A stretch of DNA of 64,000 bases. Source: Klebsormidium nitens (taxonomy: Eukaryota > Plantae > Klebsormidiophyceae). The position numbers and the translations under genes are program-made. The stretch covers positions 62,001-126,000 of the forward strand of contig DF237075.1 of NCBI GenBank assembly GCA_000708835.1, given 5' to 3'. Of this stretch, positions 12,601 through 24,600 are shown piece by piece; position 1 is the first letter of the stretch, and every line of letters starts with the position of its first letter. A model generated the notes under the pieces. The model worked only from the letters and a program-made list of their open reading frames with translations, ran no database searches and was not told where the DNA came from.

Positions 12601-15600
12601 TTTGCAGCATGGCAGAGTGAAAGGCCAGCAAGCAAGGGAGCAAAATCAGAACGAGTTATTCCAACGGCATTTTTTCAAAGTAGTCCATTTAACGACAATT
12701 CGCCGGCCTTTTACGCTCCTTTCGAAGGCGTAAGCAAGTATTGATCACCGTGCACGTATTTCAAAGGAGCGGTTTTGACGGAATCTCTCAGCTGTACGAG
12801 CATTCGGGCTTTCTCTTCTGAGCTTTCCAGGTCGTTCGCACTTGAATGACGACTCACCAGTCGGCCGGAAACCTCTCAAAACGGCGCTTACGATGTCTGT
12901 GCTATGTTCAACCGTACAGCTTCAGGAAAAAGCCATAATGTTCAATTTAGGTTTTGGGAGTCTCTATTTTAGTATGCATTGGCGAGGTCTGACGTCAAGG
13001 TCGTGCTAAAATTTTAGTAACATTCTCTTGTCGCGTTCCCTCAAATAAAGTTGTATGCAGGATTCGAAGGCAGTGAAATTCGTGCATCAATATCTGCAGT
13101 AAAGCGAAATTTCAGTTCTGCGCAAAAGCAGCTACTGGCGCTGCACATATGCAGGTCTTCAATGAACTGGAGGGTCATTTTTTCAGGGCAACTGTTCAGA
13201 GTTACTCATCTGACCACCCTCTGACATATTTCCAACTTGTTTGTTTGCTAGGCTTTGGGTCTGCCCAAAGGCAGCAAGGCCCGGGCCGACGCCAAGACTG
13301 ACCTGATCATCAAGGTGCTGGGCCTGAAGGCGGTGGAGCACGTTCCGGTCGGGGCGCTCACGCCGGACGAGCTCCGGCGGCTCAGCATCGGGGAAATGCG
13401 GGCGGGGACGTATACCGGTACGGAACTCAGACTGGTCGTGCGATCGACCGTCGATTCGTCCGATCGGACGGTCGTTTTCATGTCGGCAACCCACAACTTT
13501 CAAAATTGATATATGAAGGATTTATGAATGGAAATTCCGCCCGGTCTGGTACGACTATACTTGAACAGGATCTGTTCTATAGTTCGTACACCCTGTCTGT
13601 GTTCTCCAACACTGACAAACTCCTCAACCAGGATGCGGAGATAAGACTTCCTCGCCTGAGCGCGAATACCTGCGTGGCTCCGCCCGGTTCTCCGGGTGGG
13701 GCTACTGCCTAATGAACGTCCCGCCGGCTCATTCCGCCGGCGGTTGACGGCTTGGAAGCGTTCTGACTGGTACCCACAATTTTTTGCCTTTTCAGATGTT
13801 GGCGTTTCGTGCTTCTGACCACTTTTATTGACTGACTGTCTAGCGTTGCTTGAAACCTCTTTTTGCTCTATCTTCAATGTGCTCCGTTTTCGGACCTCTT
13901 GTCTTTCTTGATACACTAGCTACCTAGCTCTCTCCCTATCTCCCTACAATATGATTCACATAATTGGGCATCATCGTTGCTCGCAACAAGTAATCCTCAT
14001 GACTAGAAAGGCAGCGGCTATCCTAAATTCCAGGCACCGGGCACCGGGCATGCAATCAATACACTTGCAAAACCACTTTTCAAATTCCCCCCACCCCTCA
14101 CTAAAAGAGCCTTCCAACCTTGAATTCATAAGCCGGATTTTGATGCTCAATTGCAGTACACTTGCATGACGATGTTGGGGTGGACTTCGACCCGGCCCTG
14201 GCTTTCGACATTGTGTCCATGCTCAAAGCCACGTCCCGCGTCTTCCAAACCGTCCAATGGGTCGCTTGCGACAACCTTTCAAGCGAGGTCTACAACCAAT
14301 TTGATCGGGTGGTGGTTCTGTAAGTCCCGGCCTTGCCATGAGACCTCACTTCCCCATGCATCTTCACGGCATTAATAAACCTGCCGACTTCGCCCCCTTC
14401 AATAATCTGGACATGTTTTACAGACGGCAGAATAATCAGGAACTTCCTGTTATTGCTCCTGGCTTGAGCGCCAAGCCCACACCTTTCCGAGGTAATCCTG
14501 ACAGATATGTATGTCTGCAACGTCTGCACAATTTTGTGTCAAATTACTCCATCTCCTTCGCCTTGAATGGGCCCAAGACGTGCCAGCTTGTCACCAGAGT
14601 TCTGCATCGATGCACCAGTCAACTGGTTACTGAAGACAACAGATCGGTATAGGAACTTGCAAAGCGCTGAAAGTTACCCCGCTCTGGTGGAGGAAAACCT
14701 AAAGGTTCAAACCCTTTTGCAGCAATGGTGGGCGCATCGTGTACCAAGGTCCCCGCCTGGACGCCCTGCTGTACTTTGAGCGACTGGGCTACTTTAAGCC
14801 CCAGCACGTGGAAGTGGCAGACTACCTCATGGTAGGATTTTGAAGCTCTCAAGCTAGAAAAACTCTCCAAAGACTCGCGGATGCAAAAGGACGATGAAGG
14901 GTCCTTGTGGACTGGTTGCTCAGAGTTTGCAATTTTATGCCGTGGGAAGGCCGAGACGGATCTGAGGTCCGGGCCTGGACGCTCTCACGAGAAATTGAGC
15001 GAGGACTTGAGGTCCTCAACCTGAAACGTGCTGCGTAATCAAGTCGTTCAATCCTCAAAAGCAAATGGTTCGTGGCTTTTCTGGATTCTGCACTCCATTA
15101 AATCTGTCGGCTGCAAAAGCTGATCCTTTTTGTCACTGGAGAAGAGGCGAAAGTAATTCCGGGGCAGAACTTCCTTTCTTGAATCAAGTCTGGTGCTGTG
15201 TCCAAGTCGGTTGCAGAGAACGTACCAACGACATAGCTGTGGAAAATAGGACAAGAGTCCAACCCTGACTCTAACATTGAATGGCCACGCTGCCAGAGAT
15301 TGGCACGGCCGCATGAGAAACTCAATGTACATTCGTCTGGCCAGAGTCTTGAGGCGAGTGAAAGACAGTCAATGGTGCACAAATCTGACAGGTTAGAACG
15401 AAGTGGACAGCTCCGCACCGAGCCAAGCCCAAAAGACCGAATACGAAAACATCTGGCGATCCGGCCTGATTCTTGTATCTTCACAGGAGGTCACCACTGC
15501 CGACGGTCATCAGTATTTGCGGCCAGGAGCGCAGGCGCTCGACGTCGACGGGTTTGTAGCTGAGTACGAACAAAGCCAACTGTACCAAGACGTGCGTCGG

Positions 15601-18600
15601 ATTGCGGAAAGTGAGAAAAGCAGGCACGTGTACTGGATGAAGCTGACGGACCCTAGCCAGGTCGCGTTTGAGGATGCTGACGTGTCAGATGACGGAGGAA
15701 AGGTGAGAAGTCGGAGAGGTTTGCTGCTTGCCTTGGTTCGTATCTTCATGAACAGAGTCAAGGACGGGGTTCGAACGCTAGCTGGAAGCTGAATCTACAG
15801 TACAGCCGGAAGCCTTACGTTTAGAAAGCGACAGGGTTGTCGACCGGGACGTACTGGGGGGGTCTCGGCCGTCATGTCTGCAAACGCACCGAACACATGA
15901 ACAGCTTGCAGTCAGACTCTTAAGTCCCGATCGAGCATCGTGACCGTGGCGCGAAGGGCGACAATCTCCTAGAACACGACTGCCTTGATCACGCCGGTAT
16001 CATAGCCCAAGAAGCGGACGATCCTCGAGCCCGCTTTTCTTTGGGGATTGCGAACTTCTCACCGGAACCCTTAACCATGCCTTTCGCCTTCATTTCAGAC
16101 CATCAAAACGCTGCCCGCCATCTCATGGCTGGACGACGCCCTTGTCAGCGAGTGCAGCCTGGACCGGACGTCCGAACCGCACCTTGGCGACGTGGTGTCC
16201 GGCGTCCGGATCGGAAATGAGACGTTCCGCTACCTGGCGGTGGGCGACCACGACTCCAGCGCTGCGGGCTTGATGGTCGCCCTCAAGGGGGCGGAGGGCG
16301 ACGTCTGGCTGCAGCTGGAACGGCCGCTCTCGAAGGTAAGAGGAGATGGCTGGCGGACCGAAATACGGGCCATATTGTGTTCGGCGGGTATCCCTTTCGC
16401 CAGACTTGATGAGTTGGTCGGTTCGATTCGTAATCTGAAGCACAGATTGGAAAGTACCTTTCTGGCGCCCAAGTACCTAGTGTCGTCGACAGCGGCTGAG
16501 CTTTGGCTACCTCAACGTCCTCGACCTTCCAGTTCTCATTCTCCTACGAGGGCACTTTTCGTAACCAAGATCTATGACGACACAACACCGTGTATTTCTG
16601 GACGTCGAGGAATCGAACTTTCGTCACCCGATTGCTGTAACTTCGAAACCGCTAAACGCGTTGCTCACAAGCAGTGACGTCCTTGCAGCCAGCCTCTCGT
16701 AAGCCCTGGCACTACGTCCAGAACAAGCTGCTGAGGTTCCAGCGCCTGCAATTCGAGCTGATGAGATTAAACCCACAACTCCTGAACCGCACGTCAGTAG
16801 TCACAAAGCTTGCTGACAAGCAATACCGTTCGTGGGACGACGATCGTCTCTCAGATTCATTCACAACAGAAGCCAAGCAGAAGAGACTATGCTCTGCACC
16901 CCAGTTCACTCTTACTCCCCTACTAATCCTCTTGCAGTTCTTCAGTATCGTTAAATCGTACTTATATGCACATTATTCTATGCTTCCGATTTCAGGTCGA
17001 CGGCGTGCTGCCACGTCAGTGGACGCAGAAATACGTACAGCCGTTCTGGCCGTCCACGAGGCGCGTGCTGCACCGCCAGTGGCTCGTCACCATACGCAAC
17101 AAGACGGCGATCAAGGCGCGGCTTATCCAGGTACGCAACAAGGGAATCGTAGACAATCTTGAATCATTCCCGCTTCCGGTCTCCTTTTTAGACAGGGGTA
17201 TGTTGGAGCACTTTCCGTCTTGCAGGACTCTCCGCTGGCGCCACTCTGTAACCAAAGTGGAACTGGTAGCTATTGGACAGCAGCTATTGGACTGCTTATG
17301 CTGGCAACGATAACATAAGGCTGACTGCAGGTTGCGGGCCTTGAGGGACCTGTATCTCGAATTCCCAGGTCGTTCTTGGAAAGGTCCTTCTTTAGAGCGT
17401 TCCTGCGCGTATAGATTCGAGACTGAACCCAGCGCTCATCACGGCTCTCTCTTCCTAACGGGACGCTACTACTCTTCTGCGGCAGCATGTCGTTGGAATT
17501 TTCTGTCGCTCAATCTTGCGAACCTGCCGGACGCTCTTTCCATCTCTCCGGCGCTTTGTCGCTCTTCGGACGTCTTACTGCAAGTCCGACACGCCTGTCC
17601 CCTTCTGTCAGATGCTTCGCTGCCCTTTCGGACGCTTTAGCGTTTTTTCGGACGCCTGTCCCGTTTTCTCGAGATGCTTCTTTGCCTTTTCGGACGCTTC
17701 GCTGCTCTTTCGGACGCCTGTCCCTCTCTCCCAGATGCTTCTTTACTCTTTCGGACGCTTCGCTGCTCGTCCGGACGCCTGACACGCTCTCATCGGACAG
17801 GTGATCATTTTGGGCATCTTTGCGGGCACGTTGCTGTACCAAAAGTCGCTGCGGCCGCCGACCACCGTTCTGCTGGGCCTGCGCAAGGCGGCACCTTTCA
17901 TCGCCATCCTAGTTATCTTCCTGGGCGCGCTCGCGCAAGTTCCTGGCCAGGTAAACACTAATGTTATTCAGTTTAGGTTACTTCTGTTTTCAAGCCGTTG
18001 ATTCCTCTGCGTAGTCAGGTTAACTTACTTTTACTCGCCTACTTCAAGCCCTTTCAACCAAGCTCTCGGACCCGTGAATACCGAGACGCGTCTATCTTAG
18101 GAAGGCTCACTTCTTTTGTAAGCAGTACTCTACCTGATTGGATCCCGCTTCAAACTGACCGGTTCTAATCCTCCCCATGGCAGAGTGACCAAGACGAGGA
18201 CCTGAAATATTGGCGCCCCCGGTCCCTCTCAATGGGCTAAGACTAAGTGATCTGTTCGGGACCGAAACCAGGATGGCAAGTCTTTCTCTTTTATTGCGCA
18301 GATGGTTGAGCGCGCCATCTATTACAAGCACCACGCGCAGGGCTTCTACCGCGCCTCCTCGTACGTGCTCGCGGCGTTCGCCTGCAACGCGCCCCTGGTC
18401 GCCATGGAGGTGAGCAGGACGTTGGTTGACACTTTTCTTCGGGTCACTGAGACCTCATCGCGCTCGGAGACAAGGTTGCTCTCGAGTTCTTGTGAGGAAT
18501 CAAGAGACTGCAAACAGAACTTAGAAACTGAGGTTTTTTGCTGGAAAGTTTAGCTTCTCTCTACTACCAATCGCGTTCGCGGGTCTCATCCCCCAAATAT

Positions 18601-21600
18601 TGACTTCCGCTTCTTGCTTCGAGTAACAACATGTCCAGTTTATCGATCAATGTGTCAGGAGTAGACGCCACATTTGGAAATCCTTGTACCCGACAGCTCG
18701 TAAATCTTGACTTTTATCCATGAACCCCTACAACAGGACCACCCACAAACCCAGTCGTCTGCTCCCTTTGCGAATTCTAGTGTATGCCTGCCTGCACATG
18801 TATGTGGCTTCTTTACTCCGTCCACTTTGAGCCCTTTACTCTCCTTACTTTGGTTCCTTAGAACTTAAGAACCAACCATCTTACAAGGCCAGACAGCTTA
18901 GCCCCCCAAACCCGCAGGTTCTGATGTACGGCTGCCAGCTCCACTTCCTGACGGGCTGTCACCTTTACAGCCAGAGCCTGTCAGATTTATAAATGCACAG
19001 AGCATTCGCTCCGTCTCCTGCAAACCCATGACTGTTATGATAGAATAATCCACAAGACCCCAGAAACTTGACCTCCCCTAACCCGGAGGTTCTGGTGTAC
19101 GGCTGCCTGCTCTACTTTCTGACGGGCGGCAGCCTGTACGACCACTGGGCGCCGATCTTCGTCTTCCTGGTGCTCCTCTACATGTCCGGCACCATCGGCG
19201 CGTCCATGGTCCGCATGCTGACGTCATGCCTAGAATCAGCGGCCGCGGTCAACCAGATTGCAGGTGCCGACTCTTAAATCGATCTCGTGTCAGGGCGTCG
19301 CCTCCATTCGATTGATTTCGGTTCTTTTCAGCTGCAGATAGTGATCTGATTTGGGTTCTCTTCAATTGTGATCATGATTAGCCACTCTTCCCTTACGTGA
19401 CAAAGATTTGCTGGGACAGGTTTTGAAGAAGATGGATGCGGACCGGCTGACTTGGTCTTTACGAACACGACTTCGTCTTTCGTCGCAACCTCCGTAGCCG
19501 ATCACTCTAATGTCGATGGCTGGCGACTGTAAACTTACGTCGCTGGGAAAGCAGATTGATTCGCAACATTCTGGGAACAACCGGTCGAGAAGAAAAGGCT
19601 CCGTCATACACCAAATGGTCATTTGAAGCTTCGAACACTTCATTGTGCATCGTCTGAAATTGAGTTTTTCGAAAGCGTGAACTTTTGGCGAGAGCTGAAA
19701 TTTTCGGCAATTCCGCGTTGTCAGCTGCCTCGCTCCTGTGTTGACCTCTCACCAACGCTTCCTCGTGCGCTACAGGTATTTTGATTGGTCTCTTCATTGT
19801 CTTCGCCGGTTTCCTCATCCCCCTACACATTATGCCCAACTGGTGGTAAGGCAGTCTTCCTCTGTGTTGCAGTCTTTGCATCCTTACACCCCTCTATATC
19901 TAATCCTCTCTTCTTTCCGCGTCTTCACCCCGTCCTTTCAACACACTATGACTGGTGGTCAGACCGAGTCCCAAGCGGTTGACTTTTGCAACCTTCTCTT
20001 GTTCCTGCCAACGTCACGTTGCTAACATCGGCCGAGCTACTTCTTGGTGGGCGGAACAGTTTAACTAGCCTTGCTGCATGTGGATCTTCATGTGGTCCTT
20101 AAACGCCAGCTTACTAAATCTAGCCCACTTTGACCAATTTGTTTTACGATATGTCGGCGACTGTGACACGTCAAAGTTCGGACTCTATGGCAAACCGTCC
20201 CTGCAACACCTGAAAAGCGACCGCATCTGTAAATGCTGACGTCATATCCTGATGGAGAGCTGACGACGCATCCCTTCTGTCCGATGACGTCAGGTTCTGG
20301 TTCTACTACCTGTCACCGATGCAATGGATAATCACGGGGCTCATGATCAACGAGTTTCGCAGCGGCCGCTACGACCAGATCTGCGGCGACTACCCGCCCG
20401 CGCTTCTCGCTGTGGTGGGTCTCAGTAGCTCTGCTTGACCGCAAATGGATTTTGCATTCAGCGCTGAATTAACGCAAATAGAGCCTATCGAAACACACCT
20501 AAACAAGCACAGTCAACTTGAAATGAGACCATCTTCGGACCAATACTTCCATGTTAGTCCAGACCGTCACCCGTCCCCGTGCGAGCCCCCACCTCGCTTG
20601 TTCCACGTAGACGCTTGTGAAGGCTTCTTTTGCACTCACGTTGGGATCCCGGTCCTATGAAGACACCTACCGGTGAGCCACTCTTTGGGCGCCAGAGTGG
20701 CTCTAGCGGTGGCTTCTAGCGCGGCTCTGAAGAAAGTCGGCTAGAATAGTAACCATTTGTGGTTCTAGCGGTGAAATATGGATTCGCGGTTGGGGATACA
20801 GGTTGCTTGACCAGTGGCATTGGCATCATGAGAAGATGGTTTAGAAGAAAGGTCTACCAAGGAGTCCACCTATGAAGCTACCAGTGACAGAACCTTTAAT
20901 CCGTGGAGACCACGCATAAACCCAGAGCTTAAGCTGTCTCCCACAGCTGCCGTACTGCCGGGGCGCCAATCTGGACAGGGTTGAGGGCGCGGCGTACCTC
21001 AACTTCTACTGAATCCATGTAGCAAACCACCTCCAAACCCACTTGTAAAACCGTCTATGAACCCACCTGCAAACCCGGAAACTCACCCATAAACCCGATC
21101 CTTAACCCCTTTCCCAGCTGCCCTAATGCCGGGGCGCCAACCTGGACACGAGCGTGGGCGAGGAGTACCTCAAGTGCTACTCGATCCAGTAGCAAACCCA
21201 TCTGTAAACCCACCTGTGAACCCTTCTGTAAACTCACACATTAACCCGATTCTTTACCCCTTTCGCAGCTGCCCTACTGCCGGGCCGCCAACCTGGGAAA
21301 GAGCGTGGGCGAGGCCTACCTCAATTTCTATCCGCTTCCGTAATTGCTCATTCACAAACCCGCCTGTACACCGGTCTATACACCCACCTGTAAACCCGTC
21401 TGTAAACCCACCTTTAAGCCGGAAAGTCAACCATAGACCCGATCCTCAACCCGTTGTGCAGCTGCCCTACTGCCAGCTGGGCGCCAATCTGGGGAAGAGC
21501 GTGGGCGAGACCTACCTCAAGTAGTACTCAAGCCAGTGGCAAACCCACATGTAAACCTACCTGTAAACCCACCTGTAAACCCGTCTGTAAAGTTGAGTGT

Positions 21601-24600
21601 AGAGACGTTCTCCCCCCCATAATGCAATTTCTTAGCTCCTTTTGCAGCTACCGTACTGCCGGGGCCCCAAACCTGGACAAGAGCGTCGGCGAGGGCTACC
21701 TCAATTTCTACTCAATCTGGTAGCAAACCCACCTGTAAACCCGTCTGTAAACTCAACTTCATAACCCTAAACCCTATTTCCTCTCCGCCAGCTGCCGTAT
21801 TGCCGAGGCGCAAATCTGAACAAGAGCGTGGGCGAGGCGTATCTCGACTTCAACTCAATTCAGTACCGCAAGTGGTGGCTCGGAATCTGCTTCGCGGTGC
21901 TCGTGGTGTTTGTACTGGGGTTCCAGTTCCTGGCGTGGCTAGGGCTCAAGTACGTCAGCTTCCCGGAGAAGCTCAACCAGCGCATCTCGCTCGCCGGCTT
22001 CCTGGTAAGGCTGCTGACTCGTGCCCCTTAACCCAGGGGAGTGTTCGACACTTCCGGCAAAGCCGGGGAGTACGCTAGATCGTCGAAACAGCATCTCGTC
22101 GAGATCCTTAGGATTTGCACCTTCTGAAGTGCAGACTGGCCGTGCAACAATTTGGATGCGGGGTTAAACGGCCCGAGTCAGGCGGTTGCGCAAATGCGGG
22201 CGTTGCCCTGCTTTTTGGCAGCCTGGACTTAAGGAAACGGACCGCATCATCTAACCCAGCGTTCCAAAGGCTATCTTTTTAGCTGTGCGTGTTGAGGAGC
22301 CAAATTGTTTCAGCACTGCTTGGTCAGCTGGCGACAGCTTGAATGCTGATCGTATTCGTCAATAGGACGTTGCGATTTGTTTTGAAGTCCATCGTCTCAA
22401 GCCGGTGAAGGCCCTTTGAAAAGTTGCGTGTCACAGACACGTTCGAGTGCGGATCCCGATTAGCGACACGATTGATTGGCAGGGTAAGACGGCGCGGACA
22501 GGTCTAAACACAAGTCTTTAGCGTCCAAATCATCAGCTTCGTTGCGTTGTCCATTCCCAACCGCTAAAAAAAGCACAGCAGTTTTTGAAAGAGTCGTTGA
22601 TCTGTGCAGCAAACGCGGCGCTTCGGAAAAAGAGCAGAGGTACCACAGCCGACTGAATGGCAGACGGTGCAGCCCCCTAAAGCCAACGGCTCAGAGCACG
22701 CGGGCCACACGGCAGAGGCGCTTGTGGTGAGTCGCTCAGAGTTCGCGTCTCTGAACGTTTTGCGGCGCTCTCGCTTGGAACATAGTTCCATCTATGTTCA
22801 TCGAGTATCTGGTCGAGAGTAGCCGCAAAGACTACTGCCGCATCTAGTAACGACTGAACGAATGCGAAGCTAGCCAGTTCGTCGCACACTGACGGATTCC
22901 TAGAGATTCGGCTTGCGGGCAAGAATTGAGAAAGCACCGAAGGTTTAAGTGGCTTGCATTGTCGGAAGCTGAACACGTGTTCTGCAGGTCAAAGCGGCCG
23001 CGTTGCCCGCCTTCCAGCCCGTCACGCTGTCGTGGCATGACGTCAGCTCCGAGGTGCCCATCCCCAATTTTAAGGACCCGCGAGTCGTGCTGAGCCACGT
23101 GTCAGGCTGGGCCAAGGTGAATATTGCCATCTATAGATCTGCTGCCTCCAGGCGCCTGCATATCCACAAGGCGGATCGCCCAGTCTAAACCGTTCGAGCA
23201 TGCCTCTGAAACAATCGCTCAGACTCGAAAACGTCGCACCGAAAAGTGTCATCACCGATCACGAACATCGAGATCGTGTAGGACGAATGTCGCTGTGTTC
23301 AGCGGATGTCTTTGTGACGCCACCTCAGCTACTCCAGGTTTCGTCTCACATCACTCGCGGTGTTCGCGCCCTCAGAGTAAGAGTTGATTACTCGACGAAT
23401 CAGAGTTGGTGCGTTTTTACACCACCCAAAAGCCCCAATCCGGTCTTTCCAAGATCCAAGTTCAGACCACTATTTTTAACACATTTCCTCGGTCTGCAGC
23501 CCGGTACGATGACGGCCATCATGGGCGTGAAGGGGTCGGGGAAGACGGTCCTGATGGACATTCTGGCCGGGAGGAACACCCCGGGCAGGACCAAGGGCAG
23601 CATACTGGTGAGCAACAGCGGGAAAAGCACCCGGGGAGTGATGAACCGATGATATGAGTCTTAAGCGACTTGATTCTGAGAGCTACGTATTGGCGAGCGC
23701 TTGCAATAAGTACGAAATTCAAAAGATCCGAGTCGAAATTCGGAGGAAGCCTTGGAAGCCTTGGGACTGGTTTTCTCGCGTGTCAAGCAAGCCATATGAG
23801 CCGCCGTTAAACATTTGACATGTTGATCGGACAATCCTCGAGCAAGATTGTATGTATTGCTTCGCTTCGAGCGGCGGCTCTAGCTGACGTTATAAATCTC
23901 CGCTGCTGCGTCCGCCGAAGTGACGTTACTCTCGTGTAGGTGAACGGCTACCCCCGCGACGTGGACACGTTCCGGCGGGTTCGCGGTTACGTGTCGCCTT
24001 CGGACGTCCACCCGGCGTACGCAACCGTCCGAGAGTGCGTCCAATTCAGCGCCAAGCTGCGGCTGCCGCGGAACACGACGCCCGAGAAACGAGAGGCGCT
24101 CGTTTCAGAGGTGAGAAATCGTCGATTGCGGAACAGAGCTGCTCGTGCGGACGTCAGGTTGTGAAGGAGAGGCTGCAGAGGGAAGCGGTTGCCGAGATGA
24201 CGAGTATTGAAAGATTACACGGAGGAGCATCGATAAGACTTTCCGTTCAAGCTTTGTGATATCTTGGTATTGAGTCTTGAGGCTTTTCAGAAACAGAGAT
24301 TTCGCGCAATTTTGCATAGATGTGTTGGTGGGATGACTTTCCCGGACCATTAGGGTCCTATCCAATCGAGGGGGTATTGCATTGCAAGTGTTGTGACTTC
24401 GTTCCTCAATCACAGCCGCATGTTCTAATCTTGACCGCACGCCTTACTTTCAAAACCCATGTTGCAGTTTCTGAAAGGGCCCCATCTCTGACCGAAGAAA
24501 GTCACCCTTAAGGAATGCAGGAAGGTCTGATCCACTCCGCAAGTCTCAATCCTTCCCAACCGTGCGACGACACTCGACGCATACGTTGACGCGGAACCAG

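Noticed and set aside
13155-13173. Possible PDR microexon (cag|GTCTTCAATGAACTGGAGG|gt)
   Set aside because: 19 nt would break the phase 0-0 join between 12478 and 13252, which already reads well.
20941-21791. CRISPR-like repeat-spacer array or mutually exclusive exon cluster
   Set aside because: The repeats are copies of a eukaryotic exon start with related spacers. They lack their own donors and all end in stops.
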